64,000 nucleotides of DNA from Candidatus Woesearchaeota archaeon (GTDB lineage Archaea; Nanobdellota; Nanobdellia; Woesearchaeales; J110). The translations under genes were made by a program, and so were the position numbers. Within the stretch, counting starts at the first letter, position 1. Every line of letters begins with the position of its first letter. Positions 1 through 9,514 of this stretch are shown here, piece by piece. A model generated the notes under the pieces. It was not told the DNA's origin and made no database searches. It saw only the letters and a list, made by a program, of their open reading frames with translations. The stretch is taken from contig RFJU01000131.1 in assembly GCA_003694805.1 (NCBI GenBank), positions 7,976 through 71,975 of the forward strand. Direction: 5' to 3'.

Positions 1-1
1 G

Positions 2-1630
2 TGCTTCCTTGGTCAAGGTGCTGGTTGGGGGATTTGTGGGCTTGATGGTGTTTGTCACGAGGCAGACGTGGAAATCGAGAGCAATGAATCAAGCAATGGC
101 AGCACAGGTTCTTGTGTGGAAGGAGAGGTTGTTCCTTGTGGCTTGAGTGTTGGGGAGTGCAGGCAGGGAACGAGGGTTTGCTTGGGAGGCAGTTTTAGTG
201 CTTGTCGGGGCGAGAAGAAGCCTGCCTTGGTGGATGTTTGCTTTGATGGGTTGGATAATGATTGTGATGGAGTTGTTGATGAGGGGTGTGGCGAGTCTTT
301 GCAGTGTGCCGCTTCCGAAACATGCGGAAACCTTGTTGATGATGATTGTAACGGCGTTATTGATGACGGGTGTGGGTGTCTTGAGTACGAGTTCTGCGCC
401 GATAATTTCGATAATGATTGCGACGGCTTGGCTGACTGCAAAGACCCTGATTGCGCCAGTGATGCCGATTGCGGGGCGCCTTGTCCTCAAGGGCTTCGGA
501 GATGTGGCGATGCGTGTGTTAACATCCAGGAAGACGGAAGAAACTGCGGGGGTTGCGGGGTCGTGTGTGATCCTGGTTCGTTCTGCCAGGACGGTTTTTG
601 TGTTCAGGAACGCGCGTGTTCGGTCGCGTGTAGGAGGGATAGTGACTGCGGCGCTGGCGAGTACTGCTTGCGGAAAGGTTCGTGCGCCGCCACGTGCGAA
701 GCTCGCGTCCCTATCAATGAAGATTTGCACGAGGAGCTTGCTTCCTTGTTTCGTGAAGTTGTTGCTGCAGCAGAGTTGAAGACGTGGGTGGAAGAGGCAG
801 GAAGCCAGTTCGTCGGCGTGGTGAAGTCTCGCTTTGCGTTTCCCTTGTACAACGTGACTGTCGTGATTGACGGGCCTGAAGAGCTCGTTCCGGGTCCGCA
901 GGCCATTCATGGAGGCGTCCTCACGAGGAGGGAGCGGCCTTTTGAAGTGGTGTTGCCTTTCTTTGAGGGGTATGGTGAAGTTCGTGTCGATCCTTTGCTC
1001 TTGGATCCGAGAAGAGTTAACCATGTCGTTTTTTTTGTGAAGGAGAATAAACAGGTTCAAGAGGAAGTCCTTGCAAGCCGTGCTGTCGCGTTGCTGGGCG
1101 AGTATCGCTTGTTCTTGGCGCGAGAAGAGGAGCGAAGAGGGACGAGGGGGACGAGGTTGGTGTTTTCCCTCATCCCGCAAAAGGGAAGAAAACTCTTGGA
1201 CACGTACGCGCTTGTCCGGCTTCCTCCTTGTGTTACGCAGGGCTTGCCCGGCATCGTCTTTGAGGAAGGGAATGTCCAGGCTGTCCGCCAACCCAGCTTG
1301 CATAGCATTTCTTTTGGGGACGTGAGTGGAAGAGAATCAGCTTCGTTATACGTTCCGTTCTTGGTGAGCCAGTCTTGTATTGAGCAGGTGCAAGGAGTCG
1401 TTGTTGCAAGGCGAGTGGTTCGGCGTCCTTGGCTGTTCTGGGTTCCGCCGCTAGCGTTTGCCGTCTTTCTTGTAGGCTTGGGCGTTTTAGAAACGATTCG
1501 GAGGAGGAGGCAGCCGCCGATGCTGAGCGAAGAAGAGTTTAAGCGCTTGGCAAGGAGAAAGGGGAAGCGTGGCGAGGACGTTGAGCGCGCGTGGAGAAAG
1601 TATAGGAATGCGTATAGGAATGCGAGATGA
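2..1630 (+). CDS. Cys-rich surface protein with repeated C-x-DG-x-DNDCDG-x-x-DE motifs (MopE-type putative metal-binding repeat) and a C-terminal TM helix with basic tail; 5' end truncated by window edge
   Basis: ORF 68..1630 stays open to the window start in the same frame. It has at least 4 CxDGxDNDCDGxxD(E/C) motifs and further Cys-x-Cys blocks. A C-terminal hydrophobic segment RPWLFWVPPLAFAVFLVGLGVL is followed by RRRRQ. Confidence 0.6.
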   Translation, partial: CFLGQGAGWGICGLDGVCHEADVEIESNESSNGSTGSCVEGEVVPCGLSVGECRQGTRVCLGGSFSACRGEKKPALVDVCFDGLDNDCDGVVDEGCGESLQCAASETCGNLVDDDCNGVIDDGCGCLEYEFCADNFDNDCDGLADCKDPDCASDADCGAPCPQGLRRCGDACVNIQEDGRNCGGCGVVCDPGSFCQDGFCVQERACSVACRRDSDCGAGEYCLRKGSCAATCEARVPINEDLHEELASLFREVVAAAELKTWVEEAGSQFVGVVKSRFAFPLYNVTVVIDGPEELVPGPQAIHGGVLTRRERPFEVVLPFFEGYGEVRVDPLLLDPRRVNHVVFFVKENKQVQEEVLASRAVALLGEYRLFLAREEERRGTRGTRLVFSLIPQKGRKLLDTYALVRLPPCVTQGLPGIVFEEGNVQAVRQPSLHSISFGDVSGRESASLYVPFLVSQSCIEQVQGVVVARRVVRRPWLFWVPPLAFAVFLVGLGVLETIRRRRQPPMLSEEEFKRLARRKGKRGEDVERAWRKYRNAYRNAR

Positions 1631-1740
1631 AGCGCGCTCGTGACTTGCCGATGATGCTGGCCCGGATGTAATTTGTTCTCGTCGAGTAAGGCTCGCGCCG
1701 ACCATAAGATATTTATATTCGCTCCTGCATCCTCTTAGTA

Positions 1741-2226
1741 ATGGAGGACTTCCAGGAAGAGCTCGCGTCTGCAAAAAAGCAGCTGCGCTTGGCGGATCAC
1801 ATGCTTGCCGTCACCTTCCCTTTGTTAAAGGAAACAAAGCTCCTCCTCGCTGTTGTTGACAATTTGTTCAGGGCAGTTGACCACGCCGTTTCTGCACTAC
1901 TCCGGTTTGAGCGCTACTACAAGCGAATCCCTGCCGTCCCGAGTAGTTTTGAGGGTCGGCTGGCGGTGCTCCGGCTGCGCGTTGGCAAGAGAGTGGGCCT
2001 GGAAAGCGAACATTTGCGATTCATCCAGTCGCTGAAGAGCTTGGTGGAGGAGCGAAAGAAGAGCCCTGTCGAGTTTGCGAGGAAGGGGAAAGTGGTTATT
2101 TGCTCTTCGACGTATGCTTTGAGGACGTTGAGTGTTGGCGAGTTAAAGAAGCACTTGTCGTCCGCGAAGGGTTTCATAAAGGAAGTTGAGAGGGTTGTAG
2201 AAGAACATGATGGAGTCCTTAGTTGA
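1741..2226 (+). CDS. Hypothetical alpha-helical protein, paralog A of a tandem pair
   Basis: 161-aa ORF preceded by a TATA-like 'agatatttatatt' ~20 nt upstream. It aligns with the next ORF (AKKQLRLADHMLAV...ALLRFERY vs AKEELKRVDHQIFV...ALLRYAIE). No family recognised. Confidence 0.55.
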   Translation: MEDFQEELASAKKQLRLADHMLAVTFPLLKETKLLLAVVDNLFRAVDHAVSALLRFERYYKRIPAVPSSFEGRLAVLRLRVGKRVGLESEHLRFIQSLKSLVEERKKSPVEFARKGKVVICSSTYALRTLSVGELKKHLSSAKGFIKEVERVVEEHDGVLS

Positions 2227-2689
2227 TGCGAAAGAAGAGCTCAAGCGCGTTGATCATCAAATCTTTGTGAGTTTGAAGCACACGAGGACGTGCGATGTCC
2301 TCATGAATATTATTAATAGAATGGTTGATGCGTACGAGTGTATGATTCGTGCTTTGTTGCGGTACGCCATTGAGTGTAAGTTGCTTGATCAAGAGCCTGT
2401 CGGGAAGTTGGAGCGCGCCGAGAAAGTGAAGGCGCTCTTTCCTGAAGAAGTGGTTAAGGATAATATTGGCTTGTATTTTTTGCTCAGAAAGATTCGGAAA
2501 GATGAAAACCCGAAGCGAGAGCGCGAGTACCGTCGGCACGTGACGATGACGTGTATTGTGGACCAGCACGAGGAAATTATTAATATTGATATTATCACAA
2601 ATTATTATTATTTGCAGAGAAAGTTGTTTGATTTTGTGGAAAAGCTCGTTCTTGAGAAGTGGAATGAAGGGAAGAAGATTGATGAATAG
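2207..2689 (+). CDS. Hypothetical alpha-helical protein, paralog B of the tandem pair
   Basis: 160-aa ORF overlapping the previous gene by 20 nt, with a conserved N-terminal D-H motif and ALLRY helix shared with paralog A. Confidence 0.55.
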   Translation: MMESLVDAKEELKRVDHQIFVSLKHTRTCDVLMNIINRMVDAYECMIRALLRYAIECKLLDQEPVGKLERAEKVKALFPEEVVKDNIGLYFLLRKIRKDENPKREREYRRHVTMTCIVDQHEEIINIDIITNYYYLQRKLFDFVEKLVLEKWNEGKKIDE

Positions 2690-2759
2690 GTTATGAGTGG
2701 TTGAGAGGGTTCTTCTTGCTCCTTGCTGTCTTTTGGTTTTTGTTTTGTGCTTCCCATGC

Positions 2760-3635
2760 TTAGTCCGGGAGGGTGATTTGGTTCTTGCGGAAAACAATAA
2801 TGCCGTCGTTGTGTAGGCTTTCAAGAGCGGCTGCTACGCGTTCTGGAGCGATTTGGAGTTGCTTGGCGAGTTCTTTGCTTGTTGTTTCAAATCCTTCCCT
2901 GGAGAGTTTAACGGCGCCTTTGCTGAGGAGGTGTCTGATGATCGCTCCGCGTGCTTGGCGGGTGGATCCTTCAAAAGAGGGTTGCTTCGTTGTGGGGGGT
3001 ATGTTTGTTGTCTTGCTGGTGAGGACGGTTGCGCCATAGTCCATGAGCGCATTATGCCAGTCGCGTGATCGTCCTTTCGGGATGAGTTGCTTGGCAACGG
3101 TTGCGAGGTCTTGGGCTGAGATGGTGTGTGGAAGACTGCATTCGTGGATGAGTACGCGCCTGATGTTCGTGTCTATTACCGGTTCTGGCTTGTTGTATGC
3201 GAAGGCAAGGATTGCACTGGCAGTGTAGGCGCCTATCCCTGGGAGGCGTTGGAGGTCTTCTTTGTTGTGGGGTATTTTGTTATTGTGTTCTTGAACGATT
3301 CGCTTTGCCGTTTGGAGGAGGCGCAGGGCACGCGCGTTGTATCCGAGACCGGACCAGGCTCGAAGAACGTTTGCGGGGCGTTCTCGAGAAAGGCAGGTGA
3401 TGGTGGGCCATTGCGAGAGCCATGCGAGATAATACGGTTTGACGCGTTCGACTTGTGTTTGTTGGAGCATGAATTCTGATACAAGAATCGCGTAGGGGTC
3501 TTTCGTCTTGCGCCAAGGCAGGTCTCGGGCGTTGCGGGCGTACCACGTGAGGATTTTTTTGTGGAGTTGGCGCCTCGTTTTGAGCGGGATGTGAGGCAGG
3601 GCTTCCTTTTTTTCCGGTTTTGGTTTTTTTTGCAT
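2760..3635 (-). CDS. HhH-GPD family DNA glycosylase (MutY/EndoIII-like) with C-terminal winged-helix-like tail; no Fe-S cysteine cluster evident
   Basis: MutY-like N-terminus (LTWYARNARDLPWRKTKDPYAILVSEFMLQQTQV), an HhH motif LPGIGAYTASAI, and a catalytic Asp in ALMDYGATV. It lacks the C-x6-C-x2-C-x5-C cluster. Confidence 0.75.
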   Translation of the reverse strand: MQKKPKPEKKEALPHIPLKTRRQLHKKILTWYARNARDLPWRKTKDPYAILVSEFMLQQTQVERVKPYYLAWLSQWPTITCLSRERPANVLRAWSGLGYNARALRLLQTAKRIVQEHNNKIPHNKEDLQRLPGIGAYTASAILAFAYNKPEPVIDTNIRRVLIHECSLPHTISAQDLATVAKQLIPKGRSRDWHNALMDYGATVLTSKTTNIPPTTKQPSFEGSTRQARGAIIRHLLSKGAVKLSREGFETTSKELAKQLQIAPERVAAALESLHNDGIIVFRKNQITLPD

Positions 3636-3697
3636 GGGCCGTTGGAAGAGAGAAAAAACCTGGGCATTTATAAATTCCTTGCGGATTCTTTCGTTGT

Positions 3698-4837
3698 ATG
3701 GATGCTTGTGTTGTTACGGACCCTGGCCTGGAACGCCTTGCTTGTCAAGAGGTTGAGCGCCTCGTGGGAGGCGACCCTGTTGTGAAGAAAGGCATGGTTT
3801 TTTTCCGTGTTCAGTCCGCTGAGGAGGCGGTCTTGTTTGCATATCGTTCACTCCTCGCGAGGAGGGTGCTCCTTGTCGTTGGAAGAGGAAGTGTGCGCGA
3901 AGGCGTTCATAGCGTGGTGAAGAATATTGAGTGGAAGGTGTTGAAAGCGTTGGTGAAGGATGGCGAAACGTTTGCTGTGCGATGCGAGCGCTTTGGGTTG
4001 TACCGTTTTGGGACGATGGAGGCGCAGGAGATCGTTGGGGGCGCGGTGAAGAAGGAACTCCGGGGCGTGAACGTTTCGTTGTCAAACCCTGACGTCCTTC
4101 TTTTCTTGTGGATTTGTGATGGTGAGGCAGTGCTTGGTGTTGACGTCGTCAAGGTTGATTTGTCCAAGCGGGCGTACCGCGTTTTTTTGGGTAGTGATTG
4201 GTTGAAAGGGTCTTTAGCTTCGGGGGTTTTAGAGCTCGCTGAAGTGAAGGAGGGCGAGGTCTTCCTCGACCCCTTTTGCGGTGCTGGAACGTTATGCATT
4301 GAAGCAGCGTTGCGCCTGAGTGGAAGGTCGCCGAGGAGGTATCAAAAAGACTTGTTTGTGAAGGGTTGCAGGCGAGCTTCCAAGGAGGTGGTGCAATCCT
4401 TGTTGGACGCTGTTGACAAGAAGGAGGAGGATGCCAAAGATCCTTGCATCTTCGGGTTCGATAGCCGGCTCTCCAGTGTTTCTGCTGCGAGAAAGAACGC
4501 GAAGATTGCTGGTGTGCAAAAGCGCATTGCCATTTCTAAAGTGGATGTTGAGTGGATTGACTTGAAGTTCGACGAGGGCGGTGTTGATGTTATTGCCACG
4601 TGCCCTCCTCGTGCGAGTAGACTGCTGCCGGAAAGTAAAATTGAAGTGTTGTACAATGAGTTGTTTCATCAGGCGCGCTACGCACTCTCATCGAAAGGCA
4701 GGGTGTGTGTTGTGACCAGCGCTCCTGATCACTTAAAAAAACATGCTCAGGCGAGAGGTTTTGCTTTGAGAGCGGAAGTTCAGGTGTGGTCAGGGAAGCA
4801 GGAGCTTTGGTTGTTGTTGTGGGAAAAGCGGCCGTGA
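3698..4837 (+). CDS. THUMP-domain RNA methyltransferase (Trm14/Trm11/RlmL-like N2-guanine MTase)
   Basis: The N-terminal region is THUMP-like. The SAM motif I is LDPFCGAGTLCIEAA, and the C-terminal region is a class I MTase. Confidence 0.8.
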   Translation: MDACVVTDPGLERLACQEVERLVGGDPVVKKGMVFFRVQSAEEAVLFAYRSLLARRVLLVVGRGSVREGVHSVVKNIEWKVLKALVKDGETFAVRCERFGLYRFGTMEAQEIVGGAVKKELRGVNVSLSNPDVLLFLWICDGEAVLGVDVVKVDLSKRAYRVFLGSDWLKGSLASGVLELAEVKEGEVFLDPFCGAGTLCIEAALRLSGRSPRRYQKDLFVKGCRRASKEVVQSLLDAVDKKEEDAKDPCIFGFDSRLSSVSAARKNAKIAGVQKRIAISKVDVEWIDLKFDEGGVDVIATCPPRASRLLPESKIEVLYNELFHQARYALSSKGRVCVVTSAPDHLKKHAQARGFALRAEVQVWSGKQELWLLLWEKRP

Positions 4838-4983
4838 AACGCGGTCAGGCACGGATCTTTCTTTGTTTTTCTTTGTTTATTTCTTCTCGCTCAGGAGCTG
4901 GCTCGCCCAGCGGGCCACTCTTTTGAGGGGCGTTCTTGAAAATGCAAAACATATAAATACTTGTTGAGACTATTCTGGTTTAT

Positions 4984-5673
4984 ATGCGAGAGGTGGTCGC
5001 GCTTGTGCTTGCCTTGCTTCTTCTCTTGCTGGCAGGCGCTTGTGAAAAACAGGTGACGCACAGAGAAATTGCACCGGTCCCTGCCGATGAGCCGTTGGTT
5101 GTGAAAAATGATTCTTCATTGGAGCGTTTATTCCAACAAGACGCCTCGGCTAATAGTGTTGCTGCAAAGGAGAGTTTGCTCAAGCGCTTGTACGATGAGC
5201 GGTTGCGGGTGCTCAGGGAGCTTAACAGCATTTATTACGGGCCGCTCTTGAATGCCTCTATCTCGCAAGCTGAGAAGAACATGTTGTATAGGCGAATGGA
5301 TGAGCTTCGCAAGAAAAAAGAGGAGTACACGAGCGAGATTGTTCAGCTTGAGCAGGAGGTGTCGTTGCTGAAGGCTAAGGAAGAGCGTGAGGAGCGACTG
5401 CGTTCGTTGAGAGAGGAGGAAGTCGAATTGGAAGAAGCGTTGGCGTCTTCTAGAAAAACGTTGCTTGCGATTGGCAAGGATATTGTTGACTTGCAAAAAC
5501 AGGTTGCGAAAACGAGCGATCCGCAGGAGGCAGCATACCTGGCCGAGCAGATTGCTCAATTAAGAACTCAGGAGGTTAAGGAGTTGGAGGAGTTGCAGTC
5601 TACGCTTCAGTTGTTGGAGAAGACTCGTTCTGATATTGCTCGTTGGGAAAACCAAGAGGAGGGGATCTCATGA
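4984..5673 (+). CDS. Coiled-coil lipoprotein (hypothetical)
   Basis: The signal/lipobox-like N-terminus LLLLLLAGAC is followed by a long E/K/L-rich heptad-like region. TATA 'aacatataaatac' lies ~25 nt upstream. Confidence 0.5.
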   Translation: MREVVALVLALLLLLLAGACEKQVTHREIAPVPADEPLVVKNDSSLERLFQQDASANSVAAKESLLKRLYDERLRVLRELNSIYYGPLLNASISQAEKNMLYRRMDELRKKKEEYTSEIVQLEQEVSLLKAKEEREERLRSLREEEVELEEALASSRKTLLAIGKDIVDLQKQVAKTSDPQEAAYLAEQIAQLRTQEVKELEELQSTLQLLEKTRSDIARWENQEEGIS

Positions 5674-6179
5674 ATTGCGACTTGTGTGGTGCCGATAAGG
5701 CGTTGGTTAGGGCTGTTGTTGAGGGTGTTGAGCTGAGCGTGTGTGACGCTTGCAGTTCGTTGGGGGAGGTTGTTGCCACCGTCGTATCTAAAGAAGTTGG
5801 GAAAGAGAGGGGTGGAGAGGCTCCGCAGAGTACGAGGCCTATAAGGAGAAGGGCGACTGCTTCCTATGTGGAACATCCGGATTCGGGTGAGAGCGAGGAG
5901 GTCGTTGTATCTGGAGCAGGGTTGCTTGTGAAGCAGGCGAGGGAACGTTTGGGGTTGAAGCAAGAAGAGTTGGCAAGGCGCTTGGCCATAAAGGAGAGTT
6001 TGCTTCACAAAATTGAGAACGGTAGTTTTGAGCCGAGCATTGTTCTGGCACGAAAGCTTGAGCGTTTCTTGAAAATTCGGCTTGTGGAGACGTCGAGCGA
6101 CATCACCGCTTTCAACGCGGCTGCGACGAGTAGCGAGCCCTTGACGTTGGGAGATGTTCTCTCTGTGAAGAAGCGCTAA
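5670..6179 (+). CDS. mbf1: Multiprotein bridging factor 1 (archaeal MBF1: N-terminal Zn-ribbon + C-terminal HTH_XRE)
   Basis: Zn ribbon CDLCGA...CDAC at the N-terminus and an HTH in AGLLVKQARERLGLKQEELARRLAIKESLLHKIENG. GGAGGGG Shine-Dalgarno 6 nt upstream of ATG 5670, and ATGA-type coupling with the previous gene. Confidence 0.8.
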   Translation: MNCDLCGADKALVRAVVEGVELSVCDACSSLGEVVATVVSKEVGKERGGEAPQSTRPIRRRATASYVEHPDSGESEEVVVSGAGLLVKQARERLGLKQEELARRLAIKESLLHKIENGSFEPSIVLARKLERFLKIRLVETSSDITAFNAAATSSEPLTLGDVLSVKKR

Positions 6180-6219
6180 ATACTTTTTTCTCTTTTTAAT
6201 TGCTTTGACACAGAGAGGG

Positions 6220-7911
6220 CTAGTGCCGTTTCGTGTCGGGCGAGGCTGGCTCGGGTGTGGGGTCGTCAAACGTGGTTTGGCGCGGGTACGAATCTGCAAG
6301 GAGTTTTCCGTACGGGTAAGGGTACGTGTGAAACAAGATAAGTTTGTGCCTCGGGTTCTCGTCAAGCCACGCGACGAGGGGGGCGTAGTCGCTTTGGTGG
6401 AAGATTCTTCCTGCTATTGAACTGGCATTGTATTTTTTTGCTGCGAGAACGAGCTTGCTTGTCTGGCCCGGCGCAGTGATGGTTACATACTGTGTTTTGA
6501 GGGGAAAGCTTTTTTCTAATGTGGTGAAGTACTTTGTTGGCGTGTCGTAGTAGAAGGTTGTTGCGTTCATGACAATGATTGTTTCATTTTGGTGCAGGGT
6601 AAGCGGTCTTGAGCCGAGGAGTGCTCCTGCCGGTGTTGCAGTGATAGGCGGGTTTCCTATGATTTTGGTTTTGTGGCCCAAGAGGAGATACGTGAATCGG
6701 TCTACGGTGCAGGCTACGCGAATGCCTGCTTTTTCGAGATAGTTTGCAGCAGCTATTTTTCCTGGGTGGTCGCAGTCGGCGTAAACGAGGCTCGCGTTGT
6801 TCCTGAACGCTTCCGAAACGAGCATGTTGATGCCGTGCGTGTCTACAATGACTGCCAGGTCTTGAGTGAGAAACCTGACTGTGGGGTAGGTAAGTTTGTC
6901 TTCAGGTATGGGGAAGGAGAACCTGCCTTTCTCATCTGAAGCGTACCACGTGCCGTTTTTGCGGGCGGCGAGAGCTGTGAGGGCGGGGATGAACGTTGCA
7001 TCAGAGAGGTGGATTATTTCCTTGATTCGTGCGCCTTCGTGCCAGCCGATGTCTGGCCGGAGGTCTGTTGTGTTGTACACAAGCCGTTCTGAAAAGGTGG
7101 TGAGGGGCTCTGCCCATCGTGACGTGTTGAATGGATTGTAGACGCGATAGCTCAGCCAGTCGCGGACGGTCCTGTCTGCTTGGCTCATGATTCGGTCGTT
7201 TTTCGTGACAAGGATGCTGTCATCGCCGATAAGTATGCTCGTTGCTCCAGCAAGTTGCTGTGCTAGCGCAGTTGTGTCTGGGTTGATCGTTGCAGGTTTG
7301 AATGTGAGATTGGGAGGGGTGTTGTTTGCAAGCGCTTTGATTATGTCTGCCCTCCACTGAACGCCTAGTTGTTGCCAGGAAGCTGCTGCTCGAAGCAGGT
7401 GGGTGTTTCGCTGGTTGTCGCAGTTGAGCTCTGCGAGGGTTTCTTGGATGAAAGCGTTTTCAAGGGGGGTTTGAGGGGTTCTTTGTTCGTATTGCCTCGC
7501 TGCTTTGCAAAGCAAGGTTGGGCTGTTGAGTATTTTTCCTGCCACGTAGTACCGCTCGGCAGGGTCTATGCCTGGTTCATCGGCAAGTCCTTTCAAGTAG
7601 GTTGATTTGTTTGTTTGGAGGTTGTAGAGGAATGTGGTGTAGGTATAGGGCCTGGGCGCGGTTGGGCGGGGCGGCGGGTGAGGATTGTTTTTTTCGGTGA
7701 TTTCCTCAAGAAGTATTGGAACAACGGTGTTTGTAAACGTGTTTGTTGCTGTGAATCTGCTTGCTTGGTTTGTTCTTGCCGCTTGTTGTGTTGGGAGCAC
7801 ACCTTCTTGGAGTGCTTGGGCGTGTATTGCTGTGGCAAGCGCGGAGAGCATTAGCAGGGCGGTGAGGGCTTTTAGTGTCGGGTTGCTTTTTTTTGACATG
7901 TGATTTTTCAT
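6220..7911 (-). CDS. Secreted hypothetical protein (signal peptide, many N-x-S/T sequons)
   Basis: Start taken at MKNHMSKKSNPTLKALTALLMLSALATAIHAQA (signal peptide). The upstream 83 codons of the track ORF look like a spurious extension. Confidence 0.5.
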   Translation of the reverse strand: MKNHMSKKSNPTLKALTALLMLSALATAIHAQALQEGVLPTQQAARTNQASRFTATNTFTNTVVPILLEEITEKNNPHPPPRPTAPRPYTYTTFLYNLQTNKSTYLKGLADEPGIDPAERYYVAGKILNSPTLLCKAARQYEQRTPQTPLENAFIQETLAELNCDNQRNTHLLRAAASWQQLGVQWRADIIKALANNTPPNLTFKPATINPDTTALAQQLAGATSILIGDDSILVTKNDRIMSQADRTVRDWLSYRVYNPFNTSRWAEPLTTFSERLVYNTTDLRPDIGWHEGARIKEIIHLSDATFIPALTALAARKNGTWYASDEKGRFSFPIPEDKLTYPTVRFLTQDLAVIVDTHGINMLVSEAFRNNASLVYADCDHPGKIAAANYLEKAGIRVACTVDRFTYLLLGHKTKIIGNPPITATPAGALLGSRPLTLHQNETIIVMNATTFYYDTPTKYFTTLEKSFPLKTQYVTITAPGQTSKLVLAAKKYNASSIAGRIFHQSDYAPLVAWLDENPRHKLILFHTYPYPYGKLLADSYPRQTTFDDPTPEPASPDTKRH

Positions 7912-7993
7912 GGTTGCGTCGTTGTTATTTTGCGTCGTTGTTATTGTTTCGTATCGTGAGGGAGCGTCGCTGGCGGCGTTGTAGTGGTTAGTG

Positions 7994-9514
7994 TTACTTG
8001 GCTTTGATGTATAGTGTGTGTTTGCACTCGTGCAAATTGAGTGTTCGAACCCCCTGATATTCGTTTTGATATCCATTTTCCTCGCTCGGCCAGTGCGGAA
8101 CCACTTCTTCGCAGTGTGCATGCCAGCGGGATGCGTTGTGTTGGAGGGCGTTCTTATCACATGTGCTTTCTATGAGCCATGTCGCGTTGGCACATTGTTG
8201 TTTTGCATGTGGCGTGGAAGCGGGGAGAAACAGAGGTATCATTTTATTATTGGTAAAGCTTGCAGGGTAAGGCGTTGTTGTTATGCCCAAGCCGTTGGGA
8301 AGGTTGGCGAACCATTCCTTGGCAAAAACGCCTTGCGTGTTTGGTTGTGAGGCATAGAGCGTGGCGTTCAAAAAAAGTAATATCCAGCAAAGTTGGAGCG
8401 TGGCGAGGAGCATCCACGCTACATCCGTTGGTTTTTTTGTTCGCTCAAGAAAGAGTGCCACGAGTTTCCACCCTTCGAGGTGAAAGAAAATGAAAAAGGG
8501 AAGGAGAAGGGCTGTGTTTTCTATGTGTTGGCAGGTGAACAGGAGTGTTGCGGCGCCCGCCGCGGTCATGGTAAGGGCTAAGGTTGAGGCGCTGGTTCTC
8601 TTCTTTGGTGCGATCGCGATGCCGATAAGAAGGAACGCTGCGAGGGGGATTTGGAGGAAGAGGGTTGAAGTGAAGAAGGCGAGGTTGGAGAAGGGGTCTG
8701 TTTGGCATGTTGTTCCTGAGCTTGTTTGAAAGGTGGTTGTGAAGAGGGTTTGGAGAGGGTTTTGCGCGTAATTGATGGTTGTGATGAGAGGCGGGGCGAT
8801 GGCAAGGGTGCTGAGGGTTATGAGGATGAGAAGATGTTTCGCAGCGTCGCGTTTTTCTTTTTTGGTCGTGTGCATCGCAACGAGAGGATATCCTTGCCAG
8901 AGGGCTGCTGCAAGGAAGAAGGGGGCTGTTTTGAGTGTTGTTGCGAGGGAGAGCGCTATGGCGAGGGCAAGGAGGAGTTTTTGCTTGTTGCTCGCTGCGT
9001 AGAGGGCGAGGATGAGAAAGCTGGTTGCTACTGCTTCAGGCAGTCCGAAATTCGTATGAGCGAGGGTTGCTGGAGCAGTTGCTAAGATGAGCGCGCCTAT
9101 GTTGGCTGCTGTGCTTCGATGGAATTTGCGCAAGAAAAGGTAGAAGAGCAGAGTTGATGTGCCGACGGCGGTTGCAGTAAGCAGGTTGGTGGCGGTGACC
9201 GGGTCGACGTGAAGTTTCCAGAGAAGGCCGATGGCGAGGGGGAGGAGGAGTGGCTGGGTCCATACGCCAAATCCTGCTGTGCCGTTGCTGAGGATGTATT
9301 TGCCGTAGGCGATGGTGAGTGCTTCGCTCCATTGGGGGAGCTGCATTGTGCTTGCTATGGCGACTCGAAGGGTTACTACGCCAAGAAAAAGGAAAACAAG
9401 AAGGGTGTTTCTTGAAAGCGTGTGCCAGCAAAAGGCGGTTTCAGTTCGGGCTTGGCGGGTGCTGGTTTTGGTTTGAGCGAGTTTGATTGGTTTGGGTGAG
9501 TTGCGGTTTTGCAT
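7994..9514 (-). CDS. GT-C fold membrane glycosyltransferase (ArnT/PMT GT39/GT83-like)
   Basis: About 11 predicted TM segments and an ArnT/PMT-like N-terminal loop. The start is uncertain because it overlaps the upstream gene by 74 nt. Confidence 0.55.
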   Translation of the reverse strand: MQNRNSPKPIKLAQTKTSTRQARTETAFCWHTLSRNTLLVFLFLGVVTLRVAIASTMQLPQWSEALTIAYGKYILSNGTAGFGVWTQPLLLPLAIGLLWKLHVDPVTATNLLTATAVGTSTLLFYLFLRKFHRSTAANIGALILATAPATLAHTNFGLPEAVATSFLILALYAASNKQKLLLALAIALSLATTLKTAPFFLAAALWQGYPLVAMHTTKKEKRDAAKHLLILITLSTLAIAPPLITTINYAQNPLQTLFTTTFQTSSGTTCQTDPFSNLAFFTSTLFLQIPLAAFLLIGIAIAPKKRTSASTLALTMTAAGAATLLFTCQHIENTALLLPFFIFFHLEGWKLVALFLERTKKPTDVAWMLLATLQLCWILLFLNATLYASQPNTQGVFAKEWFANLPNGLGITTTPYPASFTNNKMIPLFLPASTPHAKQQCANATWLIESTCDKNALQHNASRWHAHCEEVVPHWPSEENGYQNEYQGVRTLNLHECKHTLYIKAK

